Below, in pieces: positions 11,011 through 23,200 of a DNA stretch of 64,000 nucleotides. The notes under the pieces were generated by a model. That model was not told the origin of the DNA. It was given only the letters and a program-made list of their open reading frames with translations, and searched no databases. The number at the start of each line of letters is the position of its first letter. Position 1 is the stretch's first letter. Position numbers and translations under genes: made by a program. The stretch covers positions 513,950 to 577,949 of the forward strand of contig WELA01003517.1 in NCBI GenBank assembly GCA_009602735.1. The letters are read 5' to 3'. The DNA comes from Mesotaenium endlicherianum (taxonomy: Eukaryota).

Positions 11011-11619
11011 TTCAATCAACCGACCAATTAATATGGTCGTTATACCTAGATCCGTGGGTCCCAACTTAACGAATTTTCCCACGAAACGGCGCACCTTGCG
11101 CCGTGGTCAACCAGGTGATCACTAGATACATAGCAGGCTGGGATCTTGTGGTCCCTCATTCTGGACATTAGGCTTTAGAGTTGATTTTCTACTTGCAAGT
11201 CAAGTGTGCACTTTTGGGTTCGATATTATGACCAGCTTTCACGAAAATTGGCATGGCTTCTTTGTCTGTGCTCCAAATGGAGCAAACTAGGCCTTTGTGA
11301 AAAGGTCTCCTCATGTTGCGTCCGTTGACGTTAACTTTGTTGAATTTGGAGTCGTATTGACAGAGTTATGCCCTCTGACATCTCAGAGTCACATAGCAAA
11401 CGGATTCCATAATTTTGCATCTAAGTCAGAGGGATGTGTTTTAGTTACAATATGGTCATCTGAATGAGAGCGCCTTTGCTATTCAGTCCTCTGATGTTGT
11501 GTAAGTACTTATACATGCTTGTATGCGTGGTAGACAAGAGGCCATGAGTTTCAAAAGGAGAAGCTGTAGTCCTCAAGTTTGCCTCTTTGCATGGGTAGGT
11601 GGTCTTTGGACAAGGCTAA

Positions 11620-12339
11620 TGAAATGAATCGACTTACCAAATAGACAACTAACAATCAATAAGGATCTTTATGTCAGCAAGTAATCTTTATGGTATTTTT
11701 TGTTAATTGTTTTAACAGCAAAGGACAACACACTAGCAGTGAATAATACTCGTAAGTCAAATGCAAGTATACTAGCATCAATAATGCAATCAGTAAACTT
11801 ATACATAAGCAAGGTTGGAAGACAGTGCGTATCAATGGCTTCTCGCCTTGGATTCAGATCTCTCTCAGTAAGCTGTACAAGAGAGTTGGCCTCGTTTCCA
11901 AATGCCGAACTTGAGAGCAATGCCTAGCATATGTACATGGAATGAGTTTACTGTTCAACGGCCAGTGCGATGGCACCGCCTACCCCGGGAGTTAACCACG
12001 TTGGAAGGACCTCAATTAACCAAATCCACCGCCATCTCCCATCATCCCAAATCGCCATCCATCATAGGGATGTCATCTGGCCATTCATCTAGCACACCAC
12101 ACTTAGATGCATATCGAGGCAGTTCGCTGCTACCGAGTATGGAAGTCAGCTGGCTGTCAAAGAATGTGTCAGCAAGCTGACTTGAGTTGTCTTCAGCCTG
12201 CTGCATCCGGCTGAGTCCTAAAACTGATAATCATATAAAGTCCAGCAGACTCAACACTACATAAAGTTCAGCAGGTTGAACTTAATTAACTGTTATATTC
12301 AAATGAACATTATATCTACCAATATATCGATTCATTACA
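11620..12339 (-). repeat. 3' LTR (family A)
   Basis: TG...CA termini, adjacent PPT, and roughly 90-95% identity by eye to 16760-17473. Confidence 0.93.
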
Positions 12340-12451
12340 ATCCCTCCAACTTAACTTGTTGTCGCCTCGACAACATTAAACTGCAGAAGTTTCTGGTCAG
12401 GGAACTGAACCTCACCAGCCTTCCCCACTGACTGCCTCTTCAGCCTGTCAC

Positions 12452-14131
12452 CTAGGGGGTTGTTCCCGGGGCTTCAGGATCAGGATACTGAGATCTGGAC
12501 CTAGATCTGGATTGCCCTCTAGGTCTGTCAGCTGGCCTTTTAAAAAACCCCGTTTGTTCTAAAGTTGGACCTCGAGGAGAACAAAGGATGGTAGCCTGCT
12601 TTTCAACCACTTGGGTGTTGATCCCCACATAGACAGGCATTCTAGTAGGATGCTGAAAAACATTGGCAAGAGGTACATGCCCCTGAGCGAAGGGAGAGGC
12701 CGACATACCTCTGGCCACCCCGCGTGTCCCTCTTCTAGCACCCCTGTCTTCTGGGGATTTCTGCCTTTGTCTGCTGCCAAGTACAGTCAGATCAGCTTCT
12801 TCCCTTGCTTGGGCAGGTGGGCTTGGGGAGCGAGTGCGCGGTTCGGTTGTCTCCATGGCCGGGGTCAAATGCCATATTCCTGATCTTGGCTCCTGAGGAA
12901 GCCATGCTCTTGCCTGCCCCTGGGTGTCCTATGTACCAGCTCCTGATGCTTCTCCTCTGCCTTATTCTTCTTCCTCATCCTCCTCATCTTCCTCCTCTGA
13001 GAGGGTAAGAGTCTCGTCCACTAAGACGTCCTGCTCCCTGGTAGACATGGAGTAGTCTACTGACCTCCCTTTCTTAGGACGCGCCGGAGGTTGATTGGCC
13101 TTCAGCCTGCTGATATCTATCCGGCCTGCATTCTTCGCCTATTTCACGAAAGCATGCTTTCCCTTAGAGAAGTAGTCTCTCCCCCTCCTCCTGTCCTCTT
13201 TGGTCTCCGCATTCATATTGCTCAGGCAGCCATTGAGCCTGGGGTCCCAAGGGGCAATGTGAGGTGGTAGGATGAGATAGCCGTCCAGGCCATAGTGGAA
13301 GTCATCCGGTTGGGCTCGGTCACACTCCTGCTTCTTGTTTGTGACGGTCATCCACCTCCAGTCCGTTGGCTGCTGGTAGTACTGGGGTCCATGTTCAGCC
13401 TTCCTCAGTTTACACGGGAACCAGTGGGGAGAGAACATCTGCTGTCCTGCTTCCCCGGCCATCTACTCCCAGCTCCTTCTCTCAACTTCATTGTAAGCTG
13501 GCAGTAGTGTGAGTTAGAATACCGTATCCTTGAAGCTATCGGGCCGCATGCTCACCATCCTGATGAGTCTCTGATCTCCCACTATTCCCGGTATTGGGAC
13601 GGGCTTGTTCTCTGAATCATCGGCAAGGTATCGGGCCTGCTCTGCTGTATAGTCCACCATTTTGGCATAATCCTCGTAGAGGACCACACCAGTGTGTGTC
13701 TCAATGTACCTATCCAGTGCTGCAGTTCCTTCCCTCTGTAGCAGTGTTGTCTGTTCCAGCTTCTTGATGTCCTGGGCTGCCAGCAATGCTTCCTTCAGGT
13801 TATGAAAGTTTTGGCCACCCACCACAGTATACCTGTAAGTGGCCAAGCTCTTCTGCCTGTCCGCTTCAGCCTTTTTCCTTCTCTCCTCCTCTGCCACCGC
13901 CGCTTCTTCTTGTTGTTTCTTCTGTCTCTCCTCCTCAGCTTTCCTGAGGTTTTCCGCTTCCTGATCCTTCTTCCTCTGTGCTTCTTCTGCCGCCTCTCGT
14001 CGTTTGCGAACCCTTTCTTGTTCTCTCCTGGTGAGGGACGTTGCCGCCAGCTTCTTCTGGTATTGCTCTATTGTCCTCCTGGCTTCTTCCGCCTTGCGCT
14101 TCCTGTCCTCCTTTCGTGTGGTGGGAGCCAT
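12452..14131 (-). pseudogene. Accessory 560-codon ORF between pol and the 3' LTR (unknown function, charged coiled-coil-like N-terminus)
   Basis: ORF-track pieces 13514-14182, 13139-13462 and 12452-12868 are all in one frame. From ATG 14131 to the stop at 12452 it is broken only by 5 in-frame TAA/TAG stops. A homolog lies at 1-300. Confidence 0.75.
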
Positions 14132-14535
14132 TCTGCACATGTAACCAGGGCACAAGTCAGTAGGATATCGACCTTTGTCCAAGAAGTTGGAGGATGGGAG
14201 TAAGTTCGTATTAGTATGGTGTATTTGTTCCTGTTTACCTTACAGGGTGCTTGCTAGGAGTTGACGTAGGTGCGGTGCGCTAGACATAAACATGTGAATG
14301 CGTTTACAGGTGTGTTAAGTGATGTATGGCTGTGCGAGGCCCTTTTTTCTTCCGCTAAAGGTGCTTTATGTGGGCTAGGCTGTCCCCTCTGTCACTATGC
14401 TGACACTTAGGGTTCGCATAACTGTCCTTAACTGTCCCTTTCTCGCTCTCGCACACTTACTGTCATATATTTTCCCCTCCAACTTAAATGGAGACAGGAC
14501 CTCCTGTCACCTGCCCGTGTCAACTCAAATGACTG

Positions 14536-15615
14536 TTAGAGAGGTGCTCCGGCCACCCGAAGGTGGAATTGTTTCAACGCCCCTTTGGCATTAGTCAAAT
14601 GATCTTTAAATTCCCAAGTGTCCCGAGAGGCATCGTAACCCTTCCATCGAATGAGGTACTTCATGACATATTTAGACGATCGACGGACCGAGCGCGCGTC
14701 TAAAATCTCCTCAACCTCATATTCCTCAAGATCACCGTCCCGGACAGCGGGGACCGGTCCCGGTTGGACAGGTAACCGACCTGTGAACAGTGTGTCACCT
14801 TTGATGTATGGTTCTAGGAAGGAGACATTAAAGACCGGATGACCTTTGTATTCAGCTGACATGTTCAGTTTGTAAGCATTCTGATCGACACGGCGCACCA
14901 CCGAATTTGGACCAACCCAGACAGGACTAAGCTTTTTCTTGACCACACCACGGAGGTACAGGTGCTGAGAATGTAGTTTGAACAAATCGCCCTTAGAAAA
15001 GGTCAGTTCTCGACGGTGCTGATTAGCGTACTTTTGTTGGTTTTCTTGGGCTCTGTGCAGATTTTGTTGGACTTCTGACAGGGTGTCAGCAAACTCGTGA
15101 GTTGACTGGAGGGAGTCCGGATTGTCAATCCCTTCAGGGTGAGTTAAAGACTCCCCGAGGACATCTGAAGGAGAATTAGGGACTCTACCCAGGCTCAGTT
15201 TAAAAGGAGTCTTGCGTTGACACGTGCACCGCACTGTTGACCGCAAACTGGATTTGAGGTAACAGGTCATACCAATTATCTTATTTTTGGTTAATATAGG
15301 CTCTCAGTACCTCTTGCAGAACCCGGTTAGTTCTTTAAGTCTGCCCATCAGTCTGAGGGTGGTTTGCTGTGCTTAGCAGCTGTTTGACTCCCATTAACCC
15401 CATTAAAGCTCTCCAGAACTTAGAGGTAAATTTCGAGTCTCTGTCTGCGATTATATTAGAGGGTAGCCCATGTTGGCATACTACATGGTTATAGAACTGT
15501 CTCGCTGTTTTGAGTGCAGTTACTTTGACAATTGTGGGGATAAAAATGACCATTTTGTCAGTTTATCCACGACTACCAATATTGAACTATGCCCATTGGC
15601 AGTTCGTGGCAGTGT
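14536..15615 (-). pseudogene. Integrase core, C-terminus and chromodomain (frameshifted)
   Basis: LVVVDKLTK, HGLPSNIIADRDSKFTSKFW, STANHPQTDGQT, KLSPVWVGP, HPVFNVSFLEPY, and the chromodomain EYEVEEILD...YLIRWKGYDASRDTWE. Confidence 0.92.
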
Positions 15616-16471
15616 GACCAACCCGGGGAAGGATCTAACTTCAGAAACAGACCGTAGTACTGGCCAGTCCCTTATGGTCTGGACTTTCTTAGGATCCACA
15701 CTGATGCCTTCTTTATTGACAACGTGGTCTAAAAATTCAATACTTTCCTTAAAGAAATCACACTTGCTCATTGTAGCATATAAATGATTTCTTCTCAGAA
15801 TGTCCATGACTGTCTTTAAGTGTTGAGCGTGCTGAGCTTCATCTTTGAAGAAATTGAATATCATCCAGGAAAACTTGCACAAACTTATCCAAATAAGGTC
15901 TGAAAATGTCGTTCATAGCACCCATGAAGGTTGTAGGAGCACCAGTCAGTCCAAATGGCATCACGTTAAATTCATAGTATCTATAACGTGTGCGGAAGGC
16001 AGTCTTGTGTTCATCTCCCTCAGCAATTCTGACTTGATGATAACCACTCTTGAGATCTATCTTACTGAACACTTTAGCACTAGACAAGGTATCAAGCAAG
16101 TCCTCGATTCTGGGTAAAGCACACTTGTTCTTTATTGTAATTATGTTCAGAGCTCTGTAATCCACACACATCCGCTTACTGCCATCCTTTTTCTTAACAA
16201 ACAGGATGGGTGCGCCGTAAGGTGATTTACTGGAGGAAATATAACCATTTTCCTCAAGCTCTGCAATCTGTGTTTTCAACTCCTCGCTCTCCACATAAGA
16301 CAAGCCATAAGTGCGTTGCCAAGGTGGCTGACTCCCAGGTAATAAATCAATCCTATGATCTACTTCCCTCTTAGGGGGTAGTCCTAGAGGCATATTAAAT
16401 ACATCCGTGTACTGAGCAACATTTTTGGCAGCAGTAGGGTGCGCCGGAGGGCTTACCTTTTTCTCCACCAC
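15616..16471 (-). pseudogene. Ty3/Gypsy reverse transcriptase (frameshifted; RNase H missing)
   Basis: [63 protein letters not shown], then VDPKKVQTIRDWP...EVRSF. Confidence 0.95.
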
Positions 16472-16746
16472 TTCTTTAGGTTAAGGAGGTACCTCTCTTA
16501 GCAGCAGACAGAACATTCCGTCTTCCTTCTGGTTCCAGCTTGTTGTGCTGCGACTGCGGTACTAGCAGCTGCCTCATTTGCAGCCTCTCTAGCTGCAGTA
16601 TCTGCTACTGCTTCAGAATAGGTACGGGTTCCCGCTACATGGCTTTCAGCCTGATTTTTTACATTCTCGTCATCCTGGTTCTCCATGTCTCGGGAGTTGC
16701 TAGTTTGAGACCTTTTCCTTACCATACAAAGAAGACTGTGATAACT

Positions 16747-16758
16747 GCTTCGATACCA
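16747..16758 (-). other. Primer binding site (initiator tRNA-Met type)
   Basis: TGGTATCGAAGC lies one base inside the 5' LTR and resembles the common plant iMet PBS TGGTATCAGAGC. Confidence 0.8.
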
Positions 16759-16759
16759 C

Positions 16760-17473
16760 TGAAATGAATCGACTTACCAAATAGGCGATCAACAATTAAT
16801 AAAGATCTTTATCAGCAAGTAATCTTTATGGTATTTTCTATTAATTGAATTAACAGCAAAGGACCATACACTAGCAGTGAATGATACTCGTAAGTCAAAT
16901 GCAAGTAAACTAGCATCAATAATGCAATCAGTAAACTCATACATAAGCAAGGTTGGAAGACAGTGCGTATGAATGGCTTCTCGCCTTGGATTCAGATCTC
17001 TCTCAGTAAGCTGTACAAGAGAGTTGGCCACGTTTCCGAATGCCGAACTCGAGAGCAATGCCTAGCATATGTACATGGAATGAGTTTACTGTTCAACGGC
17101 CAGTGCCATGGCACCGCCTACCCGGGAGTTAACCACGTTGGTAGGACCTCGGTTAACCAAATCCACCGCTATCTCCCATCATCCCAAATCGCCATCCATC
17201 ATAGGGATGTCATTTGGCCATTCATCTAGCATACCACACTTCGATGCATATCGAGGCAATTCGCTGCTACCGAGTACGGAAGTCAGCTGGCTGTCAAAGA
17301 ATGTGTCAGCAAGCTGACTTGTTGTCTTCAGCCTGCTGCTTCCGGCTGAGTCCTTAAACTGATATTTATATAAAATCTAGCAGACTCAATACTACATAAA
17401 GTTCAGCAGGCTGAACTAGATTAACTATTATATTCAAAGGAATATTATATCTACCAATAACTGATTCATTACA
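16760..17473 (-). repeat. 5' LTR (family A)
   Basis: TG...CA termini, adjacent PBS, flanked by TSD GCTAA. Confidence 0.93.
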
Positions 17474-18469
17474 GCTAAAGAGACCTACATTGTAGACTTG
17501 GACAGAAAGGTAGCAAAAGTCTCGCGTACAATTGCTATTCCAAACAAGGCTAGCCTAGCGCCTTTCATTTAGGCCGAGATTGCAGAAACATCCAAGAGAA
17601 AGAATTAATTTTGTGTGTTATAAAAAAGTGGTCCATTATGTGTGTTAAAGCTAACTGCGTATCACTACTAACAACCAAAAGTCTAATATCAGCCAATAAA
17701 AATTATTGTCAACACAATCTTGTGATGTGTAAAATATGCATCGTGTGCATAAATCGCAAAATGACGTCTATTAAAATATATCATAGCTAAGTTTGTGATG
17801 GAAATATAGGACAACTATGCTACAAATTCCGTCTAAATTCAACCCTGACAAGAGCGACACATAACGAATTTCACAAACCCTAGCTTCTCATTGCACGGTA
17901 GCAAAGTAGTGAGCAGAATCCTCACCCACCCGCCCTTTGAGGCCGGGTCACGCGCAAATGCAAGTTTGTATTGTAATGGGTTGGCCCATGGGAAAGAGAT
18001 GGAAAAAGTGGAAAAGAAAACTGCGTTGTTATGTAAGGACTAACGGGTTATAACCAACATACCAGAGGCACAAATTTCCCAAACTTTGTATGCAGTGGGT
18101 ATCGTCCTCAAGAGTGACCCGAACGGTAAGCTTACTAAGCGAGTTCTACGTGTAATAAATTGAGTAGGATAATAAGTAGGTAGCTAGGTGAATAGGTAGA
18201 CACTTAGAATTTGAAAAAGATTATGGACGTGATTTTACATTCTGCATATTACTACTAACCTACAAAAAGTCAAAGATAAGCCAATAAAAATCATTTCAAT
18301 ATGGTTGTCAATAAAATATGATCATATATATATTAATTTTTTGCATACATTGTAAACTTCAGTAAACCACTTGTGACTGCTTCATGTTCGCGTTGCAAAA
18401 TTTGGTGTTTCGGTACGTACACATAAGTACACCACAATTGAATTGAATTGATTCGTTGGCCCACTGTAA

Positions 18470-19869
18470 GGGCCAATTTATAGTGTTCATTGTTAGCCGA
18501 TTCAATTCAATTGAGGTGTACCTTCGTGTACCTGTCGGCACACTAACTTGTCCAACGCAAAAATGAAATGATTTACTATTTTAGGGATGTCTTCCACTAT
18601 TTGTGGGGTATACTTTCAGCGACTGAATTGAACAAATCTCAATTAACCCCTCGAGGTCAATTGGGATTCTTTCAAACGCAATGTCTCCAAATGGAGCTCA
18701 GAAACAACTCCTGTGGAGTCAAAAAGATTGACACAACGGGTCAAAACTAGAAGCAAATTGATGATTTGACACACTCCGACATGTGTCAAAGCTAGATTTG
18801 TGATAAATTAATGCGGATATGTAAAATTCAATTTTCTTTTTTTTCAGCTATCGCTCAAATTTGAATTTCATTGACAACATCGATGTCACATCGAACATAC
18901 ATAAGCTTCTGTCGAAGGTTTTAGCATTCGTTGCAAGACAAGAAAGTAGAAGCTTGAAGATAACGCCCAGCCCGCCCTGGAGGAAGAGGCATGAAGTACA
19001 TAATTGTACAAGGCAGTGCTGAAATATTAGATGTATGCATAGAGTAGAAAATGCATTACTAGCATAAAACTAATATAATAGATTAGATAGAATAAGTAGG
19101 AAACAAATTGAGAGAAAGACTCGCAGGCTTCTTCTCCTACTCTTCTCCTATCTTCAATGAAAACAATTCTTTTTCATTCTTTCTATCTTCAATTTTCTTT
19201 TACATAGATCCAAACCCCACCTTGTTGTACCATTCCACGTACCTTCACAATAAGAATGTTTATGCACATGATGATGAGCCGAGAAATAAGGGCCTGTTTA
19301 CAGTGGACACAGCACCAATATTCAACAATGGCTATTTCGGTATTGAACAAAACTGCAATTAACGTTTTTGAAACGAGGGGTATTATTGAAAAACGTGTTT
19401 AGTTCACAGTGCATCTCGAGGTCATTTGTCAAACTGTATTTGTCAATTCTCTTCCTCGCGATCTCGCGCGAATGGTTAGCAGATTACGCGGGTGACACAA
19501 AAAATTGAGGGACTCATCGTGAGTCGAGGATGAAAAGCTTCCAAGACTTTCAATTCACCTCCTCGAGGTGAAATGAAAAGTTGGGTAGTTTTGAACGAAA
19601 TGTCGTAGACACTACTTAAATGATACTAAAACGCGTCGTTTTTCAAATATGCCATTGCCGTACAGTGAGTCACGTTTGGTTAAAGAATAATGCACCGAAA
19701 AGGCCCACTGTAAAGAGGCCCTAAGGTCCCTAGAGAGGAGGAAGGGAATTTAAGAATGCGTGGATTATAGGTCTGTGCCAGTCTGTGCACTTTCGATTGA
19801 ATTGGATTTTACACGACTGCGCAACACGCGGAATTGATTTTTTCGACTTTGGCCACTGTAAACTGGCCC
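18470..19869. mobile_element. PIF/Harbinger (Tourist-like) non-autonomous element
   Basis: TIRs GGGCCAATTTATAGTG (18470) and CACTGTAAACTGGCCC (ending 19869), with TAA on both sides. Confidence 0.65.
19290..19721. mobile_element. Tourist-like MITE nested in the 18470-19869 element
   Basis: TIRs GGGCCTGTTTACAGTGG and CCACTGTAAAGAGGCCC; TAA TSD at 19287-19289 and 19722-19724. Confidence 0.8.
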
Positions 19870-20247
19870 TAAATTGGCCCTAAGCTCATGGACAGACGTG
19901 GGCCGCTTGGGCCAGTTTGGGCTTGAACGTTGCGCCTGCGGCTAGGCTGGGTTAGCCCTGGGCTAGGCAAAGAAATACGTGCAGGCATGCACAAGCAACT
20001 GGTGCGACAAACTTTAAGTTGAACATAAAGTGCTATGTGACTCGTGCGACTTTTTGAATTCGAATTCATGTCTTCAGTCGGCATTGCTTTACTTCTTCCA
20101 GTTGCACACCGAACGAGGGGTTCAAGGCACATATGGTCAAGCATTTGAAGATCACCAAGTATGTATGCACCATAATGCTGGGGGATGAAGTGTGTCGTAT
20201 CACTTAAACGTATAGCATTCTCCTGTCGAGGCTGATGAAGCTACACC

Positions 20248-23200
20248 ATGGAGGTTCAAGAAATATTAAACGACCAACTTACAACCCTCTGGCAAATATA
20301 CGAAGCAAGCCAGGCCTCTCAACAGCACCTTGACAGCTGCTTGGCCTTCAGCGACTGCGTCAAATTATTCCATATATTCTTAGAGGTATACCCACATTGA
20401 ATGTGGAAAAGAATGGGGCCTTTCCCTAGTAGCCTTGCGTTTGAAGCAAGTATAATGGGAAACCAAAAGAAACCAACCAGCTTTTTATTCGTTCAATCAC
20501 AAACTGTGCTGATATGATCCGGTCAATACCTCCGAAGTCGGCCTTCAGTGAGTTGGCCTTGAGTAAGCTGGGTCAGGGTGGGCAAACGTGTGTTTTGCTC
20601 CTTTTCCTCACTTGGTCTTTAATTGTCAACGCCTGTACAGTGTTTGCTGGATAGAGCTAAACAAGGAAGTTTGGAGCACCACGAGGGAACTCTAAGCCTT
20701 CTTGTTTCATGTCGGAGGTGAGACACGATATGCAAATAACACCTGCATCATAATTCATGTCCGCCAGAATGCATATGTGTAATAATCACATGTTTCGTGC
20801 CCTTCATATGTGCCCTGAGGTAGTAAGCACTCTTCTTATTTGGGCATATTGTGGCTGATGCAGATACTTGAGGCAAGCCCTTCAGTTCTTAAAAGGGTGC
20901 AGGAAAGCGCGATGCATTGCAATGGCTAATTCCCACATAGAACCTCTTGTTGGACTAGAAAAGGTAAGCCCTTTCTGGAGTTCCTTCCCTTTATGGACTA
21001 GGGCCCCTCCGCTCCTTACTTGCTCGAGGTAATGTCCTGTTCCCCTAAGTGACCAATCTTTCTTTGCCAGATGCAGACTCCAAGGTCTATAAGTTATAGC
21101 TTCCTGGTGTCTGCTAGCCACTCTGTCTTGATTTCAGAGTAATTATTGGCTGCCTCATATTGATTGCTCTTGTCAAACCTGTCATCATTCTGTGCAGGTA
21201 GCCCAGAATATGGTCACAAGTATTTCAGGTTTTCCTGCGGTTGTCACTGACCTTCCCAATGAAACATGGGCCAGCCTCACTGCTGTTCAGAGTCATCTAC
21301 AAGTCTTGAAGCTGGGAAAGCCTAAGAGCAATACAAATCTTTCAACAACTCTCCTTCAGTGTCTCCAGGAGCAAGAGCAGCTCCTTGGGCAGCAGAGGGG
21401 AATCACTGCTAGAATTCAGCGTACTGTCTTGTGGTCAGGTGAAGAAAGTTCCCAAGCAAGTCATGCAATCCTCGCCGAGCAGTTGAAAGTTTTGGCCGCA
21501 CAGGAAGAGGCTCAAAGTTTTCTGATAGCAACCTGCCGGATGCTGATCGAGTGCTCTTGTTGGCTGGAGAAGAAGATGGCTAACCAACTACTTAAAGAGA
21601 TCAAATCGTCAGCCGCAGAACTGCTGGAACACAAGTCTGTGCTCAACACTTGGGAGAAGCGCTTCGAATCTGGAGAACACAGCCCAGACGAAATCATTAG
21701 CAATAGCAAACCTGCTGCTCGGTCTGACTGTGCACTTGTGCCACTGAAGACCAGCATAGAAGAAGTGCATGCTGTCAGGAACAGTCTCGAGCGTAGTAGT
21801 CAAATGCTGGTGTACTATACCTCTTGCTTCTACAAGGACCTTGAGACAGACATCCGGAACATCCTGACGGCATGGAAGCAGACCCTGCAGGTGAGCTCCT
21901 TTGCCATAATTTGCAACTCCAACTCTTCCTGCGTATTGGAAAGTCGCATGGCTGAACTCGTTAAACATCTGCAAGTGTTACTTGTAAATGCTGCCCAGCA
22001 TAGATACCACCGCGGGGCGGATGCCACTATGTTTGACTGGGAATGAATGTCCCCCTATGCCAGAAGGAATGGTCAACAATTAGCTCCAGCTGCGTCACAT
22101 CATGTTTGGGTATTGAATCCACGTGTTCATAACAAATTCGGATGCTGTACTAGACATTGAGAAACCACTCTATGTTTGACAGCCCCTGTGCGGCCCTATG
22201 CTCTGTTATGCAAGAGCAGGTTGGGCATGGGGACAAGCTCGGGCAGGAGGGAATGCATATGTAGTTCAAAGTGTAGTACGAAAAGGTCAGACGTATGGCA
22301 TGTTCGTTGAACCTGAGCTTTGGTTGTTGGTGACATGGCTACTTGCTAATAGCATGTCTGTATTTTCCAATGCAGGAGAATCTGGGCCTCGAAGCCTTAT
22401 CCCTGGACTTCTACGACAGCAATTCAGCCCTGAGTATCGTACACAACTTTGATGCGGCTACAAGGCAATGCCATACTTCTGTGCTTCTCCTCGAGTGTTT
22501 AGCTTTGCTCTTGGAGACTGCACCCCTGTCTCTGACTGCAGGTGCTTTCAAGGGGAGGGTTATCAAGGACCAGCTGCTCAACTGTCAGCAGCTCTGGAGG
22601 AAGCAGGTGGGGCCTGCTGATGGTTTTACGAGAAGCTTTCAACAAGTAGGAGTAGCAGAGTGCTTTCAGCACAATAAATGGATAAATACATTTCTTTTAC
22701 CTGTCTGAAGCACTCGTCTTTTGTATTTCAGGACCCTCTGTTGCAGTCACTCCGGGACATATTTGAAAGTAAGTCGACGCCAATAAGTGAAGCTCTTGCT
22801 GGAAGTGTGCTGGATTCTCTGCACGGGTTCCAGCAGAGTCTTAAGAAGCACAGAGAAGCGGTCAAGAAAGTCCTACCACTGCTGCAAGTGTGCGTCGAAG
22901 GAGAAGCTGGAGGGGCGCAGCAGCATGGGCCACTCACTGACGTCCCAGTGAACAACATGCCAGACAATTTCTCAGGTAGGTAGACTCCGCAACTGGCTGC
23001 TCCGGATTGTAACTGGTACTGATATGGATGAAGGCGTGCTGAGATGCTCCAAAATGCTATCAGCCCAATGGTCTCCAGGAAAATGAAATAGACTGGTTCC
23101 TCATATAAGAAGAACAGATGTGTCGTCCTTTGCTGCTGTTATGATCAAACAGCTACGAGGGCACAGGTCATGCGTCTTGTAATGTATGCGCACCATATTT

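Larger units (their letters stand above)
11620..17473 (-). mobile_element. Internally deleted Ty3/Gypsy chromovirus-type LTR retrotransposon with both LTRs (family A)
   Basis: LTRs at 11620-12339 and 16760-17473; 5-bp TSD GCTAA (11615-11619 and 17474-17478); PBS TGGTATCGAAGC (16747-16758); PPT 12340-12352; RT, integrase and chromodomain remnants. Confidence 0.95.
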
